Assembly (NCBI GenBank): GCA_008017265.1
Contig: SSHC01000022.1
Coordinates: 3,194 to 67,193, forward strand
DNA length: 64,000 nucleotides
Origin: Aeromicrobium sp.
Lineage (GTDB): Bacteria > Actinomycetota > Actinomycetes > Propionibacteriales > Nocardioidaceae
Direction of reading: 5' to 3'
The position numbers and the translations under genes are program-made. Numbering within the stretch: the first letter of the stretch is position 1; each line of letters opens with the position of its first letter. This document shows, piece after piece, positions 1 through 9,494 of the stretch. Under the pieces are notes generated by a model. The model worked only from the letters and a program-made list of their open reading frames with translations, did no database searches and was not told the DNA's origin.

Positions 1-444
1 TTGCCCGGGGCCGGCCTGGACCGAAACGATGCGGTACGGCAAGCCGTGGATCGTGACTGTTCGGGCTGAGCGGGGGGCATTTCCGAAGGCGACTTGGCGT
101 TCGCTCTCGCTCAGCGGAACTGATTCGAACGGACCGAGCAGCAGGGCAGATCCGTCGGCGTTGACCGTGAGTAGTTGAATGCCCGCGATGGATAAGAGTT
201 CTGCTTGACGGTAGGTGATTGTGTTCGGCTGGTAGCCCGCCTCCACCGCGTTCTCGGCACGCTTGTACATAGCCTCATCGAGCTTGTTGATGAACTCGTC
301 GTACGCAGTGAGGTAGACCGTAGCGCTAATGAGTCCGAAAGTCGCTGCGACGGCGAAGGTCGTAAGCACGCCGACACGCCCGGCCAAACTGAGTCGCTTC
401 GTGATTGGTGAGAAGAGCCAGTGGAGGATGCCTGGTTTGCTCAC
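1..444 (-). CDS. mprB: Sensor histidine kinase MprB-like, 5' part only (runs off the window)
   Basis: GTG at 444 overlaps the mprA stop (GTGA). Hand translation [45 protein letters not shown] shows an N-terminal TM helix typical of HAMP sensor kinases. Directly downstream of an OmpR-family regulator. Confidence 0.8.
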   Translation of the reverse strand, partial: MSKPGILHWLFSPITKRLSLAGRVGVLTTFAVAATFGLISATVYLTAYDEFINKLDEAMYKRAENAVEAGYQPNTITYRQAELLSIAGIQLLTVNADGSALLLGPFESVPLSESERQVAFGNAPRSARTVTIHGLPYRIVSVQAGPGQ

Positions 445-1133
445 GGTGGGGTCTCCCTCAGCACGTAGCCGATGCCACGCACCGTGTGCAGGAGGCGCTT
501 TTCGCCTTCGGATTCGAGCTTGCGGCGCACGTAACCCACATAGACTTCGAGAGAATTTGCTGTCGTCGGGAAGTCGAATCCCCACACCTCTTCGAGAATG
601 TACGAGCGGTCGAGGACACGCTTGGGCCGTTCCATGAAAAGTTGCAAGAGTGAAAACTCGGTCCGCGTGAGGGAAATGGTGCGTTCCCCACGTTTCACTT
701 CACGAGTGTTTGGATCTAGAGTCAAGTCGGCGAAGGTCAAGAGCGGCACGTCGTCGGGGTCGTCACTGGCCGGGACGACTCGACGCAACAAGGCCCGAAG
801 GCGTGCAAGAAGTTCGTCGAGGGCGAACGGCTTGGCGAGATAGTCGTCAGCGCCAGCGTCAAGTCCTTCAACTCGATCAGAAATCGCGTCCCGCGCCGTG
901 AGCACCAAGATCGGTACATCATTGCCGGCAGAGCGAAGCGCACGCGTTGCGTCGAGACCGCCGAGGCGGGGCATCATCACGTCCATGATGATCACGTCGG
1001 GGTTGATGCTGTGTACAAGGGCGAGCGCTTCAGCACCATCGGAGGCCATGTCTACGTCGTAGCCATTGAACTGGAGGGAACGACGCAGCGATTCACGGAC
1101 CGACCGGTCGTCGTCGACTACGAGGATGCGCAT
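441..1133 (-). CDS. mprA: OmpR-family response regulator MprA
   Basis: [65 protein letters not shown], which is the typical MprA C-terminus. Confidence 0.92.
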   Translation of the reverse strand: MRILVVDDDRSVRESLRRSLQFNGYDVDMASDGAEALALVHSINPDVIIMDVMMPRLGGLDATRALRSAGNDVPILVLTARDAISDRVEGLDAGADDYLAKPFALDELLARLRALLRRVVPASDDPDDVPLLTFADLTLDPNTREVKRGERTISLTRTEFSLLQLFMERPKRVLDRSYILEEVWGFDFPTTANSLEVYVGYVRRKLESEGEKRLLHTVRGIGYVLRETPP

Positions 1134-1154
1134 ACGAACTATTCTGCCGGGCGA

Positions 1155-2030
1155 CTACGAATCGGAGTGGCTATTGAGGTTTTGCGCGACCGCGGTGGCG
1201 CGTGCTCCGTAGGCGCCACCGAACAGCACCGTGTGAACCAGTAGCGGGTGAAGTTGGTGCAGGCTCACGCGTTCGCGCCAGCCATCAGCCAGTGGCGTCG
1301 CTTCGTTGTAGGCGTCAATAATTCGTTCGAGATGAGGCGCACCAAAAAGGGCCAACATGGCCAGATCAGTCTCGCGGTGTCCGCCATGGACGGCCGGATC
1401 GATAAGCCAGACCTGCCCATCAACACCCCAGACTAGATTTCCCGACCACAAGTCGCCGTGCAGTAGTGCGGGCGCCTCAGCAGGGCCAGACAATTCGGGC
1501 AGTTTCCGGATTGCGTTCTCGATAATGTTGGCTTGTTCGCCGGTCAAATGCCCGCGATCTTGAGCGGCTTTGACGTAGGGCAAGATGCGGCGAATCGCGT
1601 AGAACTCTTCCCACGTTTGGGTGGGTTTGTTGGGTAGCGGTGCGAGTCCGACGAACCCGTCGTCTGGGCCACCGAATGTGTCGGCGCCTGCCGAGTGAGT
1701 TTTTGCCAGAGCACGCCCGAACTCTTCCGCGGATTCCACTTGGGGTTTGCCTGGTTCGATCCATTCCATAACGAGGCATTCGTCGTCGTAGCCGAAGACT
1801 TCTGGAACGGGGGCACCCCCGGCGGCACGCAGACGTTCGAGCCCGGCGGCCTCAGTTGCGAAGAACCCTGCAGGAGCGTTGGCGCGAGTCTTGATGAGCG
1901 CGTTTGTGCCGTCAGTGAGTCGCAATCTGGTGGACATGCAAATGTCGCCACCAGCGATTGACGCGGTCGAGACGACGCCCGTTCCGAGGAGATTTTCGGC
2001 CAAAGCTGCGGTTACGGACATGCGCGTCAT
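1155..2030 (-). CDS. Fructosamine-3-kinase family protein
   Basis: GGDIC, EAAGL, LLHGDLWSGN, LIDPA.HGGHRETDLAML motifs. Start placed at MTRMSV. Confidence 0.9.
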   Translation of the reverse strand: MTRMSVTAALAENLLGTGVVSTASIAGGDICMSTRLRLTDGTNALIKTRANAPAGFFATEAAGLERLRAAGGAPVPEVFGYDDECLVMEWIEPGKPQVESAEEFGRALAKTHSAGADTFGGPDDGFVGLAPLPNKPTQTWEEFYAIRRILPYVKAAQDRGHLTGEQANIIENAIRKLPELSGPAEAPALLHGDLWSGNLVWGVDGQVWLIDPAVHGGHRETDLAMLALFGAPHLERIIDAYNEATPLADGWRERVSLHQLHPLLVHTVLFGGAYGARATAVAQNLNSHSDS

Positions 2031-2102
2031 GGAGCCGAGATTACCGGAAATCAACAAGCGTGAGGGTATGTGGGGAAACTGGCCGCACTCGCGCGGTTTC
2101 GG

Positions 2103-2585
2103 TCACACGAGTGTGCGAACGTGCGCGAGCAACTCGTCGGTCGTGCGTTCGATCATGTCGAGCACGAAAGTGAAGCCGTTTTCTGAACCGTAATAAGGAT
2201 CTGGGACATCCAGATCGGCCGTGCTGGCGAGCGGATCGAAGGACCGAAACATGCGCACCTGAGCTTGTTGTTCGACGGTAGGTGACAGTTCGAGCACGTC
2301 TGCGTAATTGCTTGAATCCATGGGTAAAATCAGCGAGTGCTCGGCATACCAGTCTTGAGTGAAGTGTCGTGCACGATGGCGGCTGGGTTCGTAGCCTGCA
2401 CCGGCTAGGGTCGCGGCTGCGCGGTTGTCCATCGTGCGACCTTCGTGCCAGTTCGCCGTTCCAGAGGAGGCCACCGCTACCCGATCGGTGAGGCCTGCGG
2501 CTCGGACTTTCTCGGTGAATATGACGTCAGCCATGGGGGATCGACAAATGTTGCCCAAGCAGACAAAAGCAACAGAAACTGTCAT
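2103..2585 (-). CDS. ptpA: Low molecular weight protein-tyrosine phosphatase
   Basis: P-loop VCLGNICRSPMA and DPYYG motif. Confidence 0.92.
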   Translation of the reverse strand: MTVSVAFVCLGNICRSPMADVIFTEKVRAAGLTDRVAVASSGTANWHEGRTMDNRAAATLAGAGYEPSRHRARHFTQDWYAEHSLILPMDSSNYADVLELSPTVEQQAQVRMFRSFDPLASTADLDVPDPYYGSENGFTFVLDMIERTTDELLAHVRTLV

Positions 2586-2595
2586 GACGCAGCCG

Positions 2596-2988
2596 TTACT
2601 GCGAGATTAGTGCCGTGACGATCGACTGGAAGATCGAGATCACCATGGACGCCAAAACGGCCCACCAGAAACCAGCAACGTAGAAGTGAACACCGAATCC
2701 AGAGGTGATCCATTCGGTCAGCAGCAACAGGCCTGCGTTGATGACCAGCAGCATGAAGCCGAGCGTCACGATGATGAATGGGATCGAGAGAATCTTGACA
2801 AAGGTGCCAATGAACCAGTGCACGATGGTGAAAATGAGGCCGACGATTGCCAGCGCGAGAACGCGATTGAGCGTTGATTCGTTGGCGTCACCGATCGTCA
2901 TCTTGGAGCCCATGATGAGGGCTGCGAAAGCAAGAGCGACACTACTGGCAAACCACGTCGGCAAAAATCGTTTTACTTCGACATTCAT
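2596..2988 (-). CDS. 4-TM membrane protein, YvlD/phage holin family 4-like
   Basis: Four hydrophobic segments with LSIPFIIVTLGFMLLVINA and GFWWAVLAS. Start uncertain (2988-3006). Confidence 0.75.
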   Translation of the reverse strand: MNVEVKRFLPTWFASSVALAFAALIMGSKMTIGDANESTLNRVLALAIVGLIFTIVHWFIGTFVKILSIPFIIVTLGFMLLVINAGLLLLTEWITSGFGVHFYVAGFWWAVLASMVISIFQSIVTALISQ

Positions 2989-3041
2989 CTCTTCCATAGT
3001 CACCACAGTAGGTGAAAACCGAGCATTTTGCCGGATGCTCG

Positions 3042-4004
3042 CTAGGTCGTCAGTGGCAAGTCTTCATGTTCGTCTGTACGGCCAGTCTGTGCCAACACGA
3101 TCCCGCAAAGTACCGCTAGAACGCCGATAAATTGCCACGTGTTGAGAACTTCTTCGAACCAGAGCCAACCGACACCGACGGCGACGATCGGCTCGAGCAT
3201 GGCGGTCACGGTGGCTTGCGAACTCGGCAGGTACTTCAGTGCCACGAGGTATAAGAAAAACGGAACGACCGTCCCGAACACGATGGACCACGCCATGGGC
3301 TGCCAAGCAGTCACGCTAATCGAGTCAAGAGTGCCGAGCATCGATGTGGGTTGCCCGAGTGCGTCGAGAGTTTCGAGGGGCCATTGGAAGAGGAGAATTG
3401 CGATCGAACCAATGCCGAACGACCACACGACGACGTGCAACGGGCTTTGCGCGGCTGATTCGTGTGTAGTGAGGGCTTCACCTAGGAGGAAGTAGGCGGC
3501 GAAACACACTCCACCAAGTGTCGCGGCGCCAACACCAAAGAGATCGAGTTCGCCGACTGGACCCCAAATCTGACCGATCAACGAAAGGCCCACAATAGCG
3601 ACCGCGATACCTGGCCACACTCGCTTGTGGACCGGAACGTGTCGTGCGAATCGAACCCATAGGACGACCCAAACGGGCGCTAAATATTCGAGTAGGACAG
3701 CCAGCCCAAGCGGGAGACGTGTGATCGCGACGTTGTAGGACCATTGCACGAGCGCGACACCAAAAAGGCCGAGCGCGATCAGGAGCACACGTTGGCGACC
3801 GCGCGGAATTGCAAGGGCGCTGCGATCGAAAATGAGCGCAATAAGCAAAAACAACCCGAAGGCGCCGACGAGTCGGACGGCGGTAAATGAACCCGTGCTG
3901 AGCCCCGCCTCCATCGGCACGCGCGACATTCCGCCGTTGATACCGAAGCACACCGCCGCGAAAACTACGAGCGCATGGCCACGGAGGGGATGGGCGGTTG
4001 TCAT
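3042..4004 (-). CDS. EamA/DMT family transporter
   Basis: About 10 TM segments, AVLLEYLAPVWV and AMLEPIVA..GWLWFEE. Start at MTTAHP (4004); the longer ORF-track extension is antisense to pdhA. Confidence 0.88.
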   Translation of the reverse strand: MTTAHPLRGHALVVFAAVCFGINGGMSRVPMEAGLSTGSFTAVRLVGAFGLFLLIALIFDRSALAIPRGRQRVLLIALGLFGVALVQWSYNVAITRLPLGLAVLLEYLAPVWVVLWVRFARHVPVHKRVWPGIAVAIVGLSLIGQIWGPVGELDLFGVGAATLGGVCFAAYFLLGEALTTHESAAQSPLHVVVWSFGIGSIAILLFQWPLETLDALGQPTSMLGTLDSISVTAWQPMAWSIVFGTVVPFFLYLVALKYLPSSQATVTAMLEPIVAVGVGWLWFEEVLNTWQFIGVLAVLCGIVLAQTGRTDEHEDLPLTT

Positions 4005-4126
4005 GCGTGCATTCTGCCTTGGCTTCGTGTGAAGTGCGATGGCAGGTGAACGTGACGTGATCAAGGTCGATTGCCGAGTGCGCGAACGCGCGAGATCCGA
4101 GGCGGCGATGATAGGCTCGAAGTAGA

Positions 4127-4142
4127 TGTGATTCAGGTCACA
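4127..4142. promoter_or_regulatory. CRP/GlxR-type operator
   Basis: TGTGA-TTCAGG-TCACA, a perfect TGTGA-N6-TCACA, in the divergent eamA/pdhA intergenic region. Confidence 0.7.
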
Positions 4143-4232
4143 TTCGGCGTATCGGAGAGTCGCCACCCCTGACGATCCAACGCCCGCTGTTACTTCGCGA
4201 GCACCACCCCGATTCGCGAGGAGGAGGCCTTC

Positions 4233-5342
4233 ATGGGAATCGAGCCCGCCCACGAACAGGCAGAGCCACTGTGCATGCTGACACCGGCCGGAGAACGAAC
4301 CGGTCCACCCGCCGTTCACATCGGCGACGAAACACAATCCTTGCGTGACTTCTATCGCGATATGACCCTCATCCGCCGTATCGACACTGAAGCATTCGCT
4401 TTGCAACGACACGGCGAACTTGGCCTGTGGGCCCCGTTGCGTGGTCAGGAGGCGGCACAGATTGGTGCCGGTTGCGCATTGGCCAGCCAAGACTGGGTCT
4501 TTCCGAGTTATCGCGAACACGGAATCGCGTGGACCCGTGGCATCGGACCTGAACTGCTCCTGGGCATGTTCCGTGGAACCGAAATGAGCGGATGGGACCC
4601 GAACGAGTTTCGGTACGCCTACGGGCAAATCATCATTGGGGCCCAAACGCTCCATGCGGTCGGTTACGCATTGGGGCTGCAACTCGACGGGCTGGTTGGA
4701 AATGACGACCCGCAGCGAGACACCGCCGTTCTCACGACGTTCGGAGACGGGGCAACGAGCCAAGGCGCGGTGGCCGAAGCCATGATGTGGGCGGCTTCCT
4801 ATCAGGCGCCGGTCGTCTTTTTCTGCCAAAACAACCACTATGCAATCTCGGTGCCGGTGGAAAGGCAGAGTCGATCCCCGTTGGCGCATCGGGCTAGAGG
4901 GTTCGGGTTCGAAGGGATCCGCATCGACGGAAATGACGTGCTGGCGTGTTACGAGGCTGTGGCCTCGGCGTTGGCGAAGGCAAGAGCGGGTGGCGGGCCG
5001 ACACTCATCGAAGCCGTTACCTATCGGCGCGGCCCGCACACCACCTCAGATGACCCGAGCCGCTATCGGGAATCGGCGGAAGAAGAGTATTGGGAAAGTC
5101 GTGACCCTATCGAGCGAGTCCGTTTGCGACTCGTTGAGCTCGGCGTACCCGGCGAGTTCTTCACTGAAATCGACGCAGAAGCGAACGATCTGGGTGCGCG
5201 GGTGCGAGAGGCCTGCCTCGCGTTACCTGAACCGGACCTTGGGGCTCTCTTCGATCAGGTATTCACCGAACAAGACCCGCATCTCGCAGCTCAACAAGCC
5301 GAGTACCGATCTTGGCATGGCGTATCGGGAGGTGCCGCATGA
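4233..5342 (+). CDS. pdhA: 2-oxoacid (pyruvate/branched-chain) dehydrogenase E1 alpha
   Basis: GQEAAQIG, ThDP motif FGDGATSQG..NNHYAIS, YRRGPHTTSDDPSRYR. RBS AGGAGG. Confidence 0.92.
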   Translation: MGIEPAHEQAEPLCMLTPAGERTGPPAVHIGDETQSLRDFYRDMTLIRRIDTEAFALQRHGELGLWAPLRGQEAAQIGAGCALASQDWVFPSYREHGIAWTRGIGPELLLGMFRGTEMSGWDPNEFRYAYGQIIIGAQTLHAVGYALGLQLDGLVGNDDPQRDTAVLTTFGDGATSQGAVAEAMMWAASYQAPVVFFCQNNHYAISVPVERQSRSPLAHRARGFGFEGIRIDGNDVLACYEAVASALAKARAGGGPTLIEAVTYRRGPHTTSDDPSRYRESAEEEYWESRDPIERVRLRLVELGVPGEFFTEIDAEANDLGARVREACLALPEPDLGALFDQVFTEQDPHLAAQQAEYRSWHGVSGGAA

Positions 5343-6319
5343 CCGATCACCTCGCCTTGGGGAAAGCGCTGAACCTTGGCCTGCGACACGCTCTTGAACA
5401 GGACGACAAGGTCGTGCTGATGGGCGAGGACATTGGCCGACTTGGTGGCGTATTTCGCGTCACCGATGGGCTCCAAAAGGACTTCGGGCCCGATCGAGTA
5501 CGGGACACGCCACTCGCCGAATCCGCCATCGTGGGCACGGCCGTCGGGTTGGCGATGCGAGGCTACCGTCCGGTGATCGAGATTCAGTTTGATGGCTTCG
5601 TATTCGTTGCATTTGACCAAATTGTTAATCACGTTGCGCGTCTGCACTTTCGCAGTCGCGGTTCCGTACGCATGCCGATCGTGATCCGCATCCCCTACGG
5701 CGGCGGAATCGGCGCCGTTGAGCATCACTCGGAGTCTCCCGAGACGTTCTTCGCGCACGTGCCAGGGCTGCGGGTCGTGACGTGTGGCACTTCGCAAGAC
5801 GCCTACTCCCTCATACGCCATGCCATTGCGAGCGACGACCCGGTGGTTTTCCTTGAGCCGAAGCGGCGCTACTGGCTTAACGGTCAAGTCGATACGAGCC
5901 GAACAGACGATTCGTGGAGCTCGAGCGTGCTGAGGTCAAGCCCAGAGTCGACCGCCACTCTCGTGACGTATGGACCGCTCGTTCCCACGGCCATCGAAAC
6001 CGCGGAGGTACTTGCGGCTGGAGGGGTTGAGATTGACGTGATCGACCTGCGCACGCTCTCGCCACTTGACCTTGAGCCAGTGTTCGAATCGGTACGCACC
6101 ACCGGGCGTTTGGTGGTGGCGCATGAGGCGCCCGGCAACCTCGGTTTGGGGGCGGAAGTGGCCGCGCGAGTGGCTGAAGAGTGTTTCTATTCGCTCGAAT
6201 CGCCTATCTTGCGCGTGACCGGATACGACATCCCGTATCCGCCAAGCCGAATCGAACACGACTACCTGCCTGACGTTGACCGGATCATTGATGCGATTGA
6301 ACGAGCGGAGGCATTTTGA
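5339..6319 (+). CDS. pdhB: 2-oxoacid dehydrogenase E1 beta
   Basis: MGEDIGRLGGVFRVTDGL, DTPLAES, HHSESPE. ATGA overlap with E1 alpha. Confidence 0.93.
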   Translation: MTDHLALGKALNLGLRHALEQDDKVVLMGEDIGRLGGVFRVTDGLQKDFGPDRVRDTPLAESAIVGTAVGLAMRGYRPVIEIQFDGFVFVAFDQIVNHVARLHFRSRGSVRMPIVIRIPYGGGIGAVEHHSESPETFFAHVPGLRVVTCGTSQDAYSLIRHAIASDDPVVFLEPKRRYWLNGQVDTSRTDDSWSSSVLRSSPESTATLVTYGPLVPTAIETAEVLAAGGVEIDVIDLRTLSPLDLEPVFESVRTTGRLVVAHEAPGNLGLGAEVAARVAEECFYSLESPILRVTGYDIPYPPSRIEHDYLPDVDRIIDAIERAEAF

Positions 6320-7584
6320 TGGCTGAGTTTGCATTGCCCGATGTGGGCGAAGGGTTGACCGAGGCCGTCGTCTTGACGTGGCACGTCAAGGTGGGAGACA
6401 CCGTGTCGATCAACGATGTACTCGTCGATATCGAGACGGCGAAATCTATCGTTGAATTGCCGAGCCCGTTTGCCGGTGTTGTCACTGAACTGCTCGTGGC
6501 TGAAGGCGAAACCGTTGCGGTGGGTATGCCGATCGTACACATCACGGAAGCAACCACCGCTGAACCCGCGCGGGTACGCGAGCCAGAGAAGATCACGGCG
6601 GCCGACCAGGATGCGCCCGCAGGTGGGGTGCTCGTGGGTTATGGGCCGCGCTCGGATCAGTCGCGCCGCCGTAGGCGTCAGGGGGCCGCCGTGACGGCCA
6701 GCAACACACAACGAACCACACGCGTACTAGCAAAACCGCCCGTAAGGCATCTAGCCAAGACACTCGGCGTTGATTTGGCCGAAGTTCCACACGATGGCGA
6801 ATGCGTGACTCGGCACGATCTCGAAGACTGGCTGCAGGCCAAGGGGCCGGGGGTTCAACCCACTCGAACCGCAGATACAAAGCGTGGCGATGAAGGGCGC
6901 GAAGCGCTCACGTCGGTCCGCAAGGCAATGGCCGAGGCCATGGTTGAGTCGGCGTTCACTGCGCCGCAAGCAAGTGTGTGGAAGACCTGCGACGTGAGCA
7001 GTTCAATGGCACTGCTTGACGTGATGCGCAACGACACTGCGTATCGAGACACGTCTGTCTCGATCCTGACTTTGGCTGCGCGGGCCGTGTTGTTGGCGTT
7101 AGCTCGTCACCCCGAAGTGCAGGCGCGTTGGGAGCCAGGTGAACTCGTCTTCCCCGAGCACACTGGGTTGGGTATCGCGGTCGCGACGGATCGGGGACTG
7201 CTCGTACCGGTGATCGCCGAGGCCGATCAGCTCACCACGCCGAACCTCGCGGCGCGACTGACCGAAACGGTCGCGCTCGCTCGAGCCGGGCGAACCGCAC
7301 CAGCAAACTTCAGGGGCGGATCATTCACCATCACGAACGTTGGGGTGTTTGGTGTCGATGGTGGAACGCCGATTCTCGTTCCCGGCCAGAGCGCGATCTT
7401 GGCGCTGGGTGCGGTCGAACGCAGGCCGTGGGTTGACCCCGAGAAGGACGAACTGGTTCCTCGCTGGGTGACGACGCTTTCCTTGGGATTCGACCACCGG
7501 GTGCTCGACGGCAAACAAGCAGCGACATTCCTCGCGGATGTAGCAAGCCTGCTTACGACCCCGGCACTTGCCGTCACATTTTAG
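6319..7584 (+). CDS. pdhC: Dihydrolipoamide acyltransferase E2
   Basis: Lipoyl domain ETAKS, E3-binding AKPPVRHLAK, catalytic FDHRVLDG. Confidence 0.92.
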   Translation: MAEFALPDVGEGLTEAVVLTWHVKVGDTVSINDVLVDIETAKSIVELPSPFAGVVTELLVAEGETVAVGMPIVHITEATTAEPARVREPEKITAADQDAPAGGVLVGYGPRSDQSRRRRRQGAAVTASNTQRTTRVLAKPPVRHLAKTLGVDLAEVPHDGECVTRHDLEDWLQAKGPGVQPTRTADTKRGDEGREALTSVRKAMAEAMVESAFTAPQASVWKTCDVSSSMALLDVMRNDTAYRDTSVSILTLAARAVLLALARHPEVQARWEPGELVFPEHTGLGIAVATDRGLLVPVIAEADQLTTPNLAARLTETVALARAGRTAPANFRGGSFTITNVGVFGVDGGTPILVPGQSAILALGAVERRPWVDPEKDELVPRWVTTLSLGFDHRVLDGKQAATFLADVASLLTTPALAVTF

Positions 7585-7613
7585 GTTCGACATAGGACTC
7601 CTATGATGAGGAA

Positions 7614-8888
7614 GTGAATACTGTGACGGAACGCCACTATCCAGGCGCGTACGTCGTGTGGATCGTCGCGCTCATGACGTACCTCATCGCAGTATTCCAT
7701 CGATCCTCGCTCGCGGTGGCGGGCATTGTGGCGGCCGAACGTTTCGACATCAACGCAGCCCAACTCTCGACTTTCGTAACACTTCAGTTGCTCGTGTACG
7801 CCGGTATGCAAATTCCTGTCGGCATCATGGTGGACCGGTTCGGGCCGCGAGCAGTGATGCTGACTGGCGCGATCATTCTGACGTTCGCGCAACTCGCATT
7901 CGGTCTGGCCGAGTCGTACTCGATGGCACTCGTTGCTCGCGTCTTTGTGGGCATGGGTGACGCCATGACGTTCATCTGTCTGCTGCGACTGATCAACTCG
8001 TGGTTCACACCCCGGATGATCCCACAAGTCACCACCTTCACTGGCCCCGTCGGGCAACTGGGCGCGATCGCGGCGGCCGTCCCCATGACGTGGGCGCTCG
8101 GCGCGGTTGGTTGGACTCCCGCCTACGTCTTCAGTGCGCTTCTTAGCCTCGTATCTGCCATTGCAGTTTTCACGCTCGTGAAAGACGATCCGACGGCGCG
8201 GTCTGTTCGCGGCGAACCGTTGTCGTGGCGCGGTGTCGTGTCCAGCCTGTCGCTGTCATGGGCAGAGCCGGGCACTCGGCTCGGGTTCTGGATGCATTTC
8301 ACGACCCAGTTCAGCGCCAACATGTTGGGTCTCCTCTGGGGCTTTCCATACTTTGTGCAATCTGAGCACGCATCGGAGCACTTCGCGGGCCTGCTGCTCA
8401 CGATTCTGGTGGTTGCCGTCATCATTGCGGGGCCGATTCTCGGCCGTTTGATCACGAACCACCCGTGGCACCGATCGACGGTCGTGCTCGTGATCATGTG
8501 GTCGATTGTGGTGGTCTGGACCGTGACGCTGAGTTGGCCAGGTGACGCACCCGAGTGGCTGCTCGTCGTTCTGGTCGTCGTGGCCGGAATTGGCGGGCCT
8601 GCGTCGATGATTGGGTTCGACGTAGTCCGCACGGCAAATCCGATCGAACGGATGGGGAGTGCTACCGGGATCGTTAATCAGGGTGGGTTCATTGCGACGT
8701 TGCTTTTATTGCTCGCCATCGGGCTGATTCTTGACTGGCGAACGCCGGCAGGTTCTGAGACCTATTTGCCGGAAGCATTCACTTGGGCGATGTCGGCGCA
8801 ATACGTGTTGTGGTTCGTCGGCATGGTTCAGATCTGGCGTTATCGCCGAAAGGCGCGCACGGCCTACGCGCACCAAGTTCTGAGTTAG
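7614..8888 (+). CDS. MFS transporter
   Basis: About 12 TM segments, motif A GIMVDRFGPR. Confidence 0.88.
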   Translation: MNTVTERHYPGAYVVWIVALMTYLIAVFHRSSLAVAGIVAAERFDINAAQLSTFVTLQLLVYAGMQIPVGIMVDRFGPRAVMLTGAIILTFAQLAFGLAESYSMALVARVFVGMGDAMTFICLLRLINSWFTPRMIPQVTTFTGPVGQLGAIAAAVPMTWALGAVGWTPAYVFSALLSLVSAIAVFTLVKDDPTARSVRGEPLSWRGVVSSLSLSWAEPGTRLGFWMHFTTQFSANMLGLLWGFPYFVQSEHASEHFAGLLLTILVVAVIIAGPILGRLITNHPWHRSTVVLVIMWSIVVVWTVTLSWPGDAPEWLLVVLVVVAGIGGPASMIGFDVVRTANPIERMGSATGIVNQGGFIATLLLLLAIGLILDWRTPAGSETYLPEAFTWAMSAQYVLWFVGMVQIWRYRRKARTAYAHQVLS

Positions 8889-8915
8889 GTCGCCACGTTG
8901 CGCAGCGTGCTCCGA

Positions 8916-9428
8916 TCACATTTCCTTGAACGTGGACGATCGTCGGTTATAGCCGATCACTATGGACACTAGTAAGCCGAAAGCGATGCCACCCCACATG
9001 GTGAAGTTCGCTACCGCCTTATCGGCGGCGACGGGTGAGACGAGCGCGTACGCGTACGTTGCCGAATCGATCTGTTGGTCGTCTGGAAGACACTCGATCG
9101 CCATGTCGTCGAAGCCTTCCTCGAGCATTCCAATGAAGTGCCAACGTGTCGAGTCGTAGTCGACAGAAACCTGCAGGGGCGGGGTGGTGAGTTCGACTGC
9201 ATGGTCTTTCGGCTTCGTCACCGAACACGTGATGGCCCGCCCAGGTTGCTCAAAGTCGGTAAACACGGCGACGCTCTGGCCAGCCGCATCGAACTTGGAG
9301 CCAAGCGTCACAGGTTTTGCTTCGTGCACGTGGTCCCATTGTTTGGCGAGTTGGCTCGTGGCCAAAATCCACGCGACGATCGGGATTAAGGCCGCGAGGA
9401 TGTACCACGATCGGCGAGTGAAGTACAT
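8916..9428 (-). CDS. Hypothetical membrane protein with N- and C-terminal TM helices and an extracytoplasmic middle domain
   Basis: Hydrophobic ends, two Cys in the loop, coding-like composition. Confidence 0.6.
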   Translation of the reverse strand: MYFTRRSWYILAALIPIVAWILATSQLAKQWDHVHEAKPVTLGSKFDAAGQSVAVFTDFEQPGRAITCSVTKPKDHAVELTTPPLQVSVDYDSTRWHFIGMLEEGFDDMAIECLPDDQQIDSATYAYALVSPVAADKAVANFTMWGGIAFGLLVSIVIGYNRRSSTFKEM

Positions 9429-9444
9429 GGCTTTACGATGCCAC

Positions 9445-9482
9445 AAAAGCAACGCCCCCACCGGGTAGGCGGGGGCGTTGCT
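9445..9482 (-). terminator. Intrinsic terminator of the acyl-CoA dehydrogenase gene
   Basis: AGCAACGCCCCC / GGGGGCGTTGCT stem with a T-tract on the minus strand. Confidence 0.75.
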
Positions 9483-9494
9483 GACAGGGTTTGC

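Noticed and set aside
2596-3006. Phage holin-like gene as evidence of a prophage
   Set aside because: The YvlD-type family is a common chromosomal membrane protein, and no phage genes are nearby.
4005-5039. N-terminal extension making the EamA ORF 665 aa
   Set aside because: Extension is antisense to pdhA and crosses the promoter region; the real start is at about 4004.
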